Source: an uncultured Nitrososphaeraceae archaeon (lineage in GTDB: Archaea > Thermoproteota > Nitrososphaeria > Nitrososphaerales > Nitrososphaeraceae). Taken from it: 64,000 bases of DNA. The position numbers and the translations under genes are program-made. The stretch covers positions 34,014 to 98,013 of the forward strand of contig CAVSLF010000004.1 in NCBI GenBank assembly GCA_963728595.1. Direction: 5' to 3'. Shown piece by piece: positions 52,805-63,029 of the stretch; within the stretch, counting starts at the first letter, position 1; each line of letters begins with the position of its first letter. Below the pieces are notes generated by a model that was not told where the DNA came from, did not search any database, and saw only the letters and a list, made by a program, of their open reading frames with translations.

Positions 52805-53644
52805 TTATTGAAATGACTGCTTCATCATATTAAAAAATTCAGTGTCAGACATTTTCTTCTTCTGGTCTACCCACTGTTCAACATCTTTTCCAGCCAAATA
52901 TCTAAGATTAGGATTCTCACTCTTAACTGCTTGGGATACCACATCTGCTACTAAAGACGGTGGAGAACTATTGTGAAGTAATTGCCTAAAGACAGTATCC
53001 ATTTTTTGCGTCATATTAAAGTAAGGCGAGGAAGCATCTCGAGATTTTTTCGCCACGACAATTCCACTGTCAAAGTTAGTCCTAATCACACCAGGTTCCA
53101 CGAGAATTACTTTAATTCCAAATCGATCCAATTCATACGCGATAGATTCGCTAAGGCCTTCTATCGCAAATTTGGTACTAACATACGCCGAACCGCTTGG
53201 ATAACCGAATCTACCGGCACCTGAACTTATATTCACAAGCATTCCAAATTTTTGTTTCCTCATTATGGGAAGTACAGATTGCATTGTTCTAATGACTCCA
53301 AAGAAGTTGGTCTCAAATTGACGCCTTATTTCATCCATAGATAGGTCTTCGAATGCTCCTACTAGCCCATAGCCAGCATTATTAACCAAGACATCTATCC
53401 TTCCGGATTCCGATATTATGGTCTGTATTGCATTATTGACTGAAGCATCATCGGTTACGTCTAACTGTAGAGTCTTTAATGGAAGCTTTTCCTTATCTCT
53501 AATTGATTCAAGATTTGTTGCCTTTTGTAAATTCCTCATAGTTGCATATGTAAAAATGCCGCTTCGTGCGAGGGCAATGGAAGTCTCATAACCTATTCCA
53601 CTTGAGCTGCCAGTGACAACTGCAACCTTCCTGTCATGACTCAT
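52805..53644 (-). CDS. Short-chain dehydrogenase/reductase
   Basis: VTGSSSGIG, LVNNAGYG, NISS, YVSTK, VEPG. Confidence 0.95.
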   Translation of the reverse strand: MSHDRKVAVVTGSSSGIGYETSIALARSGIFTYATMRNLQKATNLESIRDKEKLPLKTLQLDVTDDASVNNAIQTIISESGRIDVLVNNAGYGLVGAFEDLSMDEIRRQFETNFFGVIRTMQSVLPIMRKQKFGMLVNISSGAGRFGYPSGSAYVSTKFAIEGLSESIAYELDRFGIKVILVEPGVIRTNFDSGIVVAKKSRDASSPYFNMTQKMDTVFRQLLHNSSPPSLVADVVSQAVKSENPNLRYLAGKDVEQWVDQKKKMSDTEFFNMMKQSFQ

Positions 53645-53842
53645 GCGACTAATGAGAGATAGTTAACCATATTTAACAATCACTACCATTCAGAATTTTA
53701 TCAACCGCTCAGCCTATGCCGTCTCTGTACTTCTCTTATCCATGTTAAGATTACTAGAATTGAACAATCCTTCGGATATAACTAATAATCTTTGCAAAGA
53801 ATATTCTAAACAGGAATTGTTGAAATAAATATTGTTTGATAG

Positions 53843-54208
53843 CTAGTAATCTGGACAGGTATCATCCATAATAATCTGGTAGCGATTTTCTAGCTTGTCA
53901 GCAAAATTATAAACTTGATCTAATGTGTATTTATCCTTGGGAAAGTACCATCTTATTGGTACGACATGTCCTCTACCGTTGGCATCATAAAATCTTCCCT
54001 TATCTGCTTTAATTCCCGCATTTTCGTCGATATTACTTTCCAATACGGGAAGGCCTCTTTTGGTCTTATCCTCTACTACAAAGTTTTGAGGATCTTCGCC
54101 ATAAATAAAATAAAATCTTCCCCTTTTTAATGGATTTTTCTCTTCAGACATGGCTATTTTTTCATGATCAACTGACAGGAAATTGGCATTCTGAGTTTCA
54201 GGTTCCAT
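53843..54208 (-). CDS. Hypothetical protein
   Basis: Clean 121-aa ORF (VEDKTKRGL, IRWYFPK, TCPDY); no function recognised. Confidence 0.75.
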   Translation of the reverse strand: MEPETQNANFLSVDHEKIAMSEEKNPLKRGRFYFIYGEDPQNFVVEDKTKRGLPVLESNIDENAGIKADKGRFYDANGRGHVVPIRWYFPKDKYTLDQVYNFADKLENRYQIIMDDTCPDY

Positions 54209-54738
54209 TCTATATTAACGTTGTCTTATAGAAGAATTTACGAGGATGAAACTAATCCTATTGTAGGAGATAAAATATCTTACAAGATCGCGTTTGAACT
54301 TCGACTTGGAAAGAGAAGCTATACTTCAATATATTTTACTGGAAAAAGAACATACGGCGTCTGAGAAATACTGAAGTATTTTGATCAGTGGCAAACCATA
54401 AAAACATATTTCTGGTTATCAGACTTGTACAGAGAATTTGTTTCATTTATTTTTGTATATGAGAGTAGGATTGAATCTGATCAACTTCAAACTTCTTTAT
54501 TTGTTCTAATGCCTGTCATAGGGATAAATTTAGTGTCCTGTTATTCTTGTCTCTTGGATACTTGCTTAATCGCTCTCTTGTATAAGCTGCCAAAGAAGTC
54601 TTTTTTATCAAGACAATAGATTGTTATAAGAATTAACGAACACATAGGTTATTTATTGGCTCCAAGTTGCGTTAACAAGTTCTTGCTATGGCCGAATGAG
54701 ATGTTTCTGAACCTAGGATGTTTACTTTCCACTTTCTC

Positions 54739-54915
54739 TTATATTTTCATTCGGAACTCCAATGAAAAGCCGGCTTTCAGGTTATGGCTTATCTTGAACT
54801 GTTCATTATCCAAAATCGGAACGGATTCCAAACGAGTGTTACAGATAGGACATGCCTCGATCATTTTGTTGTTTTCTCCATAGGAGCACGCACACCAGAA
54901 ACAACGGTTACACAT
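54739..54915 (-). CDS. Small Zn-binding protein (CxxCxWC...CPxC), paralog of 47473-47700 (not in ORF track)
   Basis: MCNRCFWCACSYGENNKMIEACPICNTRLESVPILDNEQFKISHNLKAGFSLEFRMKI; frame is open further upstream. Confidence 0.7.
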   Translation of the reverse strand: MCNRCFWCACSYGENNKMIEACPICNTRLESVPILDNEQFKISHNLKAGFSLEFRMKI

Positions 54916-55940
54916 TAAGAATTCAGTAGCAATTTCTATCTTATGATTTTCTAGGAAGCCCGTCAGTGGAGTGGGAAAGGCTACAATATTATGTCATCTT
55001 CCGGATACAGTTTACACTAATGAATAACACGCATATTCAGCTAACGATCGCGGATAAAAGGCTTTGGTATACTTTCATACACAACTATGATGGTATTCGA
55101 ATGCACTTATCACAGTTGAACAATTGAGATTATGAGCGCTTTATTCGAGAGCACGCTAATAGATTTGATTGGATTGGTATTGGTTGGTAGGTTTTCGTCT
55201 TTTTGCTCGTACGTCGTCCTTTTTTCTATCTTGGCGGTCTTATTGCCTTCATGGATCGCCTCTAAAAAAGATAAAATCTAAGTAGTTTGTGCGTCCTCCA
55301 CAAGGGCCTCGATGTGGTCAACAGACCTGAATAGTCAATCTTTTCGTTTGCTGTTGTGTGCTCATAATTCGGGGAAAATAATCACCTATTATGACCACTC
55401 AGATTTTCGTATCCTTCTATTCATGCTCTTCTTCAAGTTAGGATATTCCGCATTATTCAACAAACAAACTAGGGTAATAGCCACCTTAAATCTATTGTTA
55501 TTCTATCGAGGAACATGCTAATCCATCGGATCAAACAATTCAGTAATTTTTTTGTTCAAGATTATTGTAGTAAAAATATTAGCATTATTTGCTCTGATGG
55601 GCCTGTTGCTCAATCTTACAAGCGTGGCCCATCATTCATCGCAATAATGAGTTCTCTCTTTCTGGAGCTATTATTTGAGACTTTACGATAGCACCACTAA
55701 TAACAAATCCTTGTTTATAGTCGGTAGGTAACAAAGTTACTTGAGCATTTAAATATGATGTGTAACATTTCGCGATTTAACAGCAATGAATTAGGCTAGA
55801 CCATTCGTGTAATGAGTGATTCTGCATTTAATTGTCTTGTTAGAGTCGTCTATTAAATCAAACAAAGATCATTAATGTCTTAAGTTATCGAGTAGAATAC
55901 TTCGGATTTCGAATCGGTAGACGGGAACAATATGGATTGG

Positions 55941-55948
55941 TTTTTATA
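55941..55948 (+). promoter_or_regulatory. Archaeal TATA box
   Basis: TTTTTATA ending 23 nt before ATG 55971. Confidence 0.55.
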
Positions 55949-55970
55949 GAGAAAGATCCAAGCTCCCTCA

Positions 55971-56610
55971 ATGACACAAAAAAATACACTGGCTATAATT
56001 GCCGTGTTGGTTGCTGTCTTATCTGTCAGCACCCTCTCTATGGCTCTAAACTTAGCGAAAGTGCAAGCACAGGAAGAACAAAGCTTTTCTGCAACACTCT
56101 CCGGTACTGACGAAGTTCCTCCAACCGAGTCAAACTCAACTGGAACTGCTAAATTCCAAGTAACTGAAAACAACGATAACGAATCGCAAGTCTCTTACTG
56201 GGTGAACATTACTGGAATCAAGGAGGTAAATGCTGCTCACATCCATAATGGAACGACAGGCGAAAATGGAGATATTGTAGCCACCCTATCAAACGGGAAA
56301 TCAGCGGAAGGAGATGATCGTCCACCGCAAATTGGATTTGCCGGAAATATAACAAGTAACGAGCTGACAAGGTCCACTCAAAGACAAAGAAATTTCTGAC
56401 CTGGTCAGTCTCATGAGCGACGGAAATGCCTATGTAAATGTACACACAGAAAAGTATCCTGATGGTGCAATCCGTGGTCAAATAAGTTCTGGTGAGGCAG
56501 ACACTGTTGGAATGTCTACACAAGATAGTGCTATGACAAGTGAAAATGCAAGTGCTCCTGTGACGGAACAAGATAGTAATCTTACCGAATCTAATAACAC
56601 TACCTCCTGA
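55971..56610 (+). CDS. Secreted CHRD domain protein (split by a +1 indel near 56367)
   Basis: FSATLSGTDEVPP, AAHIHNG..GENGDIV, then GPL....SDLV....GNAYVNVHTEKYPDGAIRGQI. Confidence 0.9.
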
Positions 56611-56927
56611 AAGATAGACTAGATAAATTTCCCCCCCACCATTTTTATTTTTATTCACATTTTTTTTATTGACAATTCTTGATTCATCAAGACGTTGATT
56701 ACAAGCCGTAAAATCTAAATCACAAAAACCCCCAAAATCAAATGTAGAGCCTGGTTTGACCATTTTCTGGCATTTCAATTTAAAATAATCTGTAGAATGA
56801 AATTAGATTGGTTTCGCACAAGTCTGGATCATGGTTATCACCAGTGCGGTTCCGAAGGCATTTGACAAAGCAATGATGTCTCACAGTGAGTTGGGTTAAG
56901 ATCTGATTTATTGATTTTTCTTGTCTG

Positions 56928-58170
56928 CTATTGTGGTCTCAATGCTTCTATAGGCAAAGTTCGTGAAGCCTTCCAAGCAGGAAATAGACCAGCCATAACA
57001 GATAAAGCAACAGAAATTATCCATACCGTGGCCATATCTGAAGCGAGGTAAACTGGAATCAATGGGGGCCCATTACTGGGACCTAAGTTTCCCAGCACAT
57101 ATCCACCACCAACGCCGCCCAGCAATCCCAAAGTAGCACCTATGATGCCTATCAACAGCGCTTCGACTAGAAATAGGAAAAGGATATTTTTACTCTCAGT
57201 TCCTATCGCTTTAAGAGATACCAATCTCACGTATTCTTTCTATTACAGAAGTATACAATGTCGTAATTATTCCTACAGCTCCTACTATCAAAGAAATTAC
57301 AGCAATACTTAGGAGAAACGCATTTATCCCACCAGTAAATTCTCTGACCGTCTTCAATAGTGCCTCTAAAGTAGTTATTCCTATGTCGTTACCATAAAGA
57401 GCCCTTATTTCTTTTTCCACCTGCGGTACAAACTCGTTTGATCTAACAACGGTGAAAAGTGTGTCATATTTATTAGACTTTTGGAGTAATATGTTACCAC
57501 TATTTAGATTGATAATGACCGCATTGTCAATAGTAGGATTGCCAGTCTGCTTTGTAATGGCTGTGACGACAAAATTCTTGGAGTCCTCAGTTTGTTTTCC
57601 CGTATCAGGATCAATAAAAGAAAAGGTTGCCCTTATGGTCTGGCCCAATGTAATGAATGGGGTGTTTTTTCCTGGTGGAATGGCAACATCATGTGCTACA
57701 ATAATCGCCGACGGATCATTTGGCCTTATAGTGGAGCCATCCTCATATTCTAATGTTGGTGATATCACCTTTAGTTTAGCAGGGTCTACGGAGAATACGG
57801 GAATTGTTCTGGTATCTCCCCTTGAATGCAGATCTATTTCGCTCTGGTAAGTCGGTATAACATCGTCAACAAATGGGAGAGATTTTATCCTGTTTATGAC
57901 AGCAGAATTCAGTACAATCTTTGCTGGGGGAGGTGGTGCGGAGCCTGGTCCTCCTCCATTTTGTTGAGATTGTGAGCTAGTAACAAACATAACATTCGGG
58001 GCCAGATTGCTAAATTGCTTGTTGAATAAATCTGTGAATCCAGCTCCAAATCCGTTTACAGAATTCAGAAGACTACTTCCTGCCATCACCATCAAAATAG
58101 TCAGTATGGATCTTAGCTTTCTACTCATTAGAGCCTCAAATGAGAATTGTAATATCTCAAGAACGTTCAT
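56928..58170 (-). CDS. ABC transporter permease, MacB/FtsX family (split by a +1 indel near 57217)
   Basis: RKLRSILTIL, large extracytoplasmic loop, VGAVGIITTLYTSVIERIREIG, LKAIG, FPAWKASR..PIEALR. Confidence 0.92.
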
Positions 58171-58184
58171 TTTTTTGCAAACTC

Positions 58185-60149
58185 CTACTTTTGTAGACTC
58201 GATTGATCTTCTTTCTTTTCATGGGATTCCTTTTTGTCATCTGCAAAAGAGGGATTCATGTCTAGTGCAAGGTCATCGCCTTGTGATTGTTCTAATTGGA
58301 TTTTGAGTTTACTTCTCCTTCTGCGTCTCAAATATATCATAACACAGATAGCAATGATCGCTATTACTGCTATCACTCCAGGTAAAATGGTTGTTGTATT
58401 TTGATCAGATCCGAATAGCCCTCCAGAAGAGGTTTCCGCTTGGGCTTTTTGCTGGAAAAGAACAGTTCCGTTTACGATGGTAGAATGCTCTATTCGCAGA
58501 TCGTCTTTATATGTTACCCTGAGAGATACAGGATATGTTCCTGATTCTACTTTATTTGACATATTTAATGGAATGCTAACTGGGAGAGGTGAATTTTCGT
58601 CCAAATCGCCCAAATACTGCGGTGGAGGCAAAGAATTGACAAGGTGTTTGGGCTGTGACGCATCATTGATCATTTCTACAGTAGTAAACATTGCCAATGA
58701 ATTGCCCTCATTCAGCAAATTGGCAACAAGATTTGGAGTATCCCCTATAGTAGTCACGTTAAAGTCATAGCCCCTAATTTTGAACTGACCTGTCACATAA
58801 GCACCAAGATCAAGCGAATCAGTCTTCGTATCGCCATTGAAAATATAGTTTAATCCCAAATTGAAAAGAATAGGGTTTCCAACTGCACTTTTAGCAGCAA
58901 AAACTTTTGTGGTGAATGCTTGATCTCCTTGTGCGCGCAAAGAATTCAAAGTCCATTTTGAATTGCCTATTATTTTTACTGAATCTGAAGGTGAATTCAG
59001 TGTAATTACCAGATTAGAGACTGGAGTGCTTGAATTATTGGATAAGACAAAATCTAGATCTTGGATTTGTCCGGCAGTTATTATAACAGAGTTTTGAACA
59101 CCGTTTTTGTTAATAGTGTCGTTGATATCAGGTCTCTTACTGGCGAAACTTAAATTGTCATTAGTACTCAAACTGATAACAGACTCAGGAGGCTTTGGTG
59201 CGACAACCAGCCCAATAAGTGTACTTACTCGTTTTGGATTTCCGTACGCATCACCGTAGGATATCTGGAGATTGAGATTCTGTACCTTTCCACCTGCATC
59301 GAAGCTTGGATAGACTACAGTATTTATTATCTTCGATCCGTTCGATGGAATAGAACCCACGTCGAAAGTTGTACTGCCCAGGGTAACAGATGATGTAGGC
59401 TGCTCAGAAGAGCCTGACAAGGAATTTGATAATGTTGTGTTTCCGCTACTTATCCCATTAAGGGAAACTGTTACACTATTTGCACTAGTACTGCCAATGT
59501 TCCTTATCGAAATCGGAACATTGTTTATCGTACCAGGAATTAATGTTTCTGTGGAGAGAATTCTTGCGTCCAGCATAACTTTACCAGGTAGGCGGAATTG
59601 AACTGGTATATCTGTCTCGATATTTCCTATTTCCAATATCTTGGAATAAACCAGTTTTAGATTGGTTGAATACTGTCCAATCTTTGCGGTGTCAAGTGTA
59701 TTAATGTCAAAATATAATGTAAAAACATCGCCAGCCTTGACTATGGATTTGAGGCTTGCAGCGGCAAACTGACTACCTGTAGTATTCGCTACATTGTTCT
59801 GGGTCTGTCCTGAAGCATTTCCTGCTGCCTCAAAGCCATCAGGCAAAGTCAAGACTCCTTTTACCCCAGTAATATCCTGCCTGGCTTTATTCACAAGTAC
59901 TATGGCAAGAGTCGAAGATCCCTCTCCAGGTCCTACTTCTACCTTTGTTTGTCTGGCTCCCGGAATGGAACTTAGGTTATCTGTCCAATACGAGTCTTGA
60001 AATCCAGGCGAATTATCTGTTTGTGCAAATGCATTAATTATATAACTAGTGTCGTTACCATCCTTGAATAACTGGCATGCACTCAGTAGTAAACTTACTG
60101 TGAATCCAAACACCAGAAATATAGTGAGGCTATTAGTTCTATCAGCCAT
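58185..60149 (-). CDS. COG1361-like S-layer/surface protein with C-terminal TM anchor
   Basis: Signal peptide; repeated beta-sandwich motifs (IRNIGS, YGDAYGN, LLNEGN, YLGDL, YKDDLR); TM followed by RRRRR. Confidence 0.85.
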   Translation of the reverse strand: MADRTNSLTIFLVFGFTVSLLLSACQLFKDGNDTSYIINAFAQTDNSPGFQDSYWTDNLSSIPGARQTKVEVGPGEGSSTLAIVLVNKARQDITGVKGVLTLPDGFEAAGNASGQTQNNVANTTGSQFAAASLKSIVKAGDVFTLYFDINTLDTAKIGQYSTNLKLVYSKILEIGNIETDIPVQFRLPGKVMLDARILSTETLIPGTINNVPISIRNIGSTSANSVTVSLNGISSGNTTLSNSLSGSSEQPTSSVTLGSTTFDVGSIPSNGSKIINTVVYPSFDAGGKVQNLNLQISYGDAYGNPKRVSTLIGLVVAPKPPESVISLSTNDNLSFASKRPDINDTINKNGVQNSVIITAGQIQDLDFVLSNNSSTPVSNLVITLNSPSDSVKIIGNSKWTLNSLRAQGDQAFTTKVFAAKSAVGNPILFNLGLNYIFNGDTKTDSLDLGAYVTGQFKIRGYDFNVTTIGDTPNLVANLLNEGNSLAMFTTVEMINDASQPKHLVNSLPPPQYLGDLDENSPLPVSIPLNMSNKVESGTYPVSLRVTYKDDLRIEHSTIVNGTVLFQQKAQAETSSGGLFGSDQNTTTILPGVIAVIAIIAICVMIYLRRRRRSKLKIQLEQSQGDDLALDMNPSFADDKKESHEKKEDQSSLQK

Positions 60150-60872
60150 CTAATTTACAACTTCCTTTTCGATAGTTCCATCCTTTATGAAGATAATTCT
60201 ATCAGTCTGCCCTGCCAGCTCGGGATTGTGAGTAACCATTACAATTGTCCTTCTATATTTTCTTGAAAGATTCTTGAGCAGATCAAAGACTTCTGCTCCT
60301 GTCTTTGTGTCAAGATTTCCGGTAGGTTCGTCTGCAAGTATTAGGGTTGGATTATTCATTAGAGCTCTTGCTATAGCCACCCTTTGTTGTTGTCCACCAC
60401 TTAGATTAGAAGCTTTTAACTTAGCTTTATCTTTAATTCCTAGCGCTTGCAGTAAGGCAAGCGACTTTCGATTTCGATCGGATCTACTAATCCCTGAGAC
60501 CATAGCAGGAAGCTCTACATTTTTCTGGACACTCATTCTATGAACTAAATTGTAAGATTGAAATATGAAACCAATAAGCCTGTTACGCATGTAGGCAATC
60601 TCGTTATCTTTTAATGACGATATATTTACTCCCCCTATTGAGACTGTTCCATTTGTAGGTCTATCTAATGCACCAATAATATTAAGAAGAGTAGATTTGC
60701 CACTTCCTGATGGGCCAACTATTGATACAAACTCTCCCTTCTTTACCACAAAGCTGATGTGTCTTAAGGCTACTAGTTTTTCGACCTTTGAAACAAATAC
60801 CTTTGAAATATTACTTACTTTTAGTGCTATCTGGCTTTTGTTTTGACTCTCATTTTCAATCATGACATTCAA
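60150..60872 (-). CDS. ABC transporter ATP-binding protein (LolD/MacB-type)
   Basis: [49 protein letters not shown]. Confidence 0.95.
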   Translation of the reverse strand: MNVMIENESQNKSQIALKVSNISKVFVSKVEKLVALRHISFVVKKGEFVSIVGPSGSGKSTLLNIIGALDRPTNGTVSIGGVNISSLKDNEIAYMRNRLIGFIFQSYNLVHRMSVQKNVELPAMVSGISRSDRNRKSLALLQALGIKDKAKLKASNLSGGQQQRVAIARALMNNPTLILADEPTGNLDTKTGAEVFDLLKNLSRKYRRTIVMVTHNPELAGQTDRIIFIKDGTIEKEVVN

Positions 60873-61552
60873 CCCGTTATATCCAGCTGACGTGTTTCAG
60901 AAGGAAGGACTATATTATTAAGTAACTCCTCGCAATTACCCGCGCTATCATCTCCTTCTGACACATTGGAATCTATAACTATATCTACACCATCACCACA
61001 ATCAAAATAGTCTGCACCAAGTCCTCCCTGAAGAACATCGTCGCCTTCTCCACCATATAACTTATCATTTCCATTATTCCCAGAAAGCATGTCATCGTCA
61101 AGACCACCGGTAAGTATGTCATCTCCCATCTCGCCAAAGATCAGATCACTGCCTTGACCACCTTGAATTATATCGTTATCATCTCCTCCGTATAACTTGT
61201 CAGGATCCTCGTCTCCTTGAATTACGTCGGCGCCTCCTTCGCCTCTAATAGAATCCGAACCTTGAAGTCCCAGGATTAGATCATTGATGTCAGTCCCAGT
61301 AATTAGATCATCTCCCGACGACCCTAGTTTGGTTGAAATTTGACTAGCCCCCGCAGACAGGCTTGTTGAATTGAGGCCAAGATCTTGAGTTTCGTTTGTA
61401 CGCGAATTAAGTCTCTGTGCCATGGCACCCGAATTAAAAAAATGTGTATTAAATAACAGGAGAAATGACAAGAATGTTGCAGAACCAACAAGAACGAGTC
61501 GACGGTTCATTGGTTGGTTGACTAATGCATGCTCATGCTTCTTAACATTCAT
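60869..61552 (-). CDS. Secreted RTX/hemolysin-type calcium-binding repeat protein
   Basis: Hydrophobic signal; about 12 GGxGxD-type nonapeptides; terminal DCGDGVD...GNCE. Confidence 0.9.
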   Translation of the reverse strand: MNVKKHEHALVNQPMNRRLVLVGSATFLSFLLLFNTHFFNSGAMAQRLNSRTNETQDLGLNSTSLSAGASQISTKLGSSGDDLITGTDINDLILGLQGSDSIRGEGGADVIQGDEDPDKLYGGDDNDIIQGGQGSDLIFGEMGDDILTGGLDDDMLSGNNGNDKLYGGEGDDVLQGGLGADYFDCGDGVDIVIDSNVSEGDDSAGNCEELLNNIVLPSETRQLDITG

Positions 61553-61663
61553 AGAATATACCCCTGTATCGAAGCAAATGTCTTACATATAACTCTTCCA
61601 TTGGCGTTAGGTGCTATAAAGGACATATTTGTTTATATTATGGTATTTATTTAATACGATCAG

Positions 61664-62602
61664 TTGCATAAAGGCGTACTAGACCCTCATGATATAAAAA
61701 TCCTTCAAATACTGAGTAATGAAGGAAGAAGGTCACACAGAAGTGTTGGACTTGAGATCGGTCTTAGTTCAAAAAGCGTCAAAACGAGAATCGACAATAT
61801 GATTTCCACGGGCGTAATAGAGAAGTTTATGGTAATAATCTCGCCTTCCGTCTTAGGATATGGAAAAGAATGTTTCATTATCGTAAGGAAGCGTCGGGAT
61901 AAACAAAACGTCCTTGATAACCTTAGACTACTAGGAGAAATAATGCTAGAAGTTGAATCTCTAGGTGGCGTGTCGGCATTCAAGTTAATAATTCAAGAAG
62001 ACTCGGAGCACAAGATCCAATATCTCGCTGATGCACTCAAACCAGCAATAGTGGAGACTATGCTCATCACAAACTCCTACAAGACTGACGCACGACTATC
62101 TACCACAGACCTGGCTCTAGTCAAATGTCTCATTTCGAATCCCCGACTAGAAAGCTCAGAAATCGCCTCAAAGCTTGCGATTTCAACGAAAACAATCACA
62201 CGAAGACTTCACATAATGCAAAATGATCACACTCTAAAATTCAGTATACTCTTGAATCCTTCATCTCTGCGGGGATACATCCTATTTGGTATCACCGTGA
62301 ATATTAGGGAAGGGTCGTACCAAAAAATTCTGGCCAAAATTTATTCTGATTTTCAAGAATACTTCTTGTTGCTTCCTCCAACATTGCCTCAAGACACAAT
62401 AACTGTACTATTCCTTAGCAAAGACGTTTTCACTGCAGATAAAATCCTCGAAACTATTGAGTCATACAATGGAGTCATACAAGCCGAAGTTTTCTTACCC
62501 ACAAAAATAAAGCTTCAACAAGAATGGCTTTGCAGTGAAATCGACAAAAAACTTCTGAAGAAAGAGATCCGCCTGAATAAACCATTAGTGACCAAACAAT
62601 AG
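61664..62602 (+). CDS. Double-HTH Lrp/AsnC-like transcriptional regulator
   Basis: LDPHDIKILQILSNEGR..IGLSSKSVKTRI and LSTTDLALVKCLISNPR..IASKLAISTKTITRRL. Confidence 0.88.
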   Translation: MHKGVLDPHDIKILQILSNEGRRSHRSVGLEIGLSSKSVKTRIDNMISTGVIEKFMVIISPSVLGYGKECFIIVRKRRDKQNVLDNLRLLGEIMLEVESLGGVSAFKLIIQEDSEHKIQYLADALKPAIVETMLITNSYKTDARLSTTDLALVKCLISNPRLESSEIASKLAISTKTITRRLHIMQNDHTLKFSILLNPSSLRGYILFGITVNIREGSYQKILAKIYSDFQEYFLLLPPTLPQDTITVLFLSKDVFTADKILETIESYNGVIQAEVFLPTKIKLQQEWLCSEIDKKLLKKEIRLNKPLVTKQ

Positions 62603-62754
62603 TAATATTAATTAATATTTTAGTAATGCTGAAACAATATTGGGGTGCTGATTGAGATACCAAAGGGTAATCTATAACGTCCCCACCGCAAGTTGGTGTT
62701 TAGTCGCATGTTGACAAGAAAAATAATTAAGTAACAAGTGGTGTAAAACGGGAG

Positions 62755-62955
62755 TTGAGCTATTATCATTATCCTTGCTTCGTTTCTGGTTGTAAGAGTC
62801 CTTCTACTGTTAGACTAAAAGTATCATTTAAGGAAGAAGGAGGTAAATTCAGGACTTTTTGTGAAGTAAAGTACCTTTGTTCAGTACATTATAAAAATAT
62901 TGGAAGAATGAAGATGAAAGGAGGTCTTCCAGTAATTCTTGAAAACTGGAATTGA
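62755..62955 (+). CDS. Small putative Zn-finger protein
   Basis: PCFVSGC...YLCSVH. Confidence 0.55.
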   Translation: MSYYHYPCFVSGCKSPSTVRLKVSFKEEGGKFRTFCEVKYLCSVHYKNIGRMKMKGGLPVILENWN

Positions 62956-63029
62956 TTTGACGAATGAAGATTTACTTCAAGAAACCATTATAGTACGAAT
63001 GATAGTTTGCAACTGTCAGACGGGTTTTT

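Noticed and set aside
32260..57230. Programmed ribosomal frameshifting in the split genes
   Set aside because: No shared slippery heptamer or stimulatory structure, and the genes are unrelated; indel error or decay is simpler
62641..62700. TPP riboswitch (GGGGTGC...TGAGA...TACC)
   Set aside because: Lacks the CUGAU, UAAU and GCG-AGGGA elements, and no thiamine gene follows
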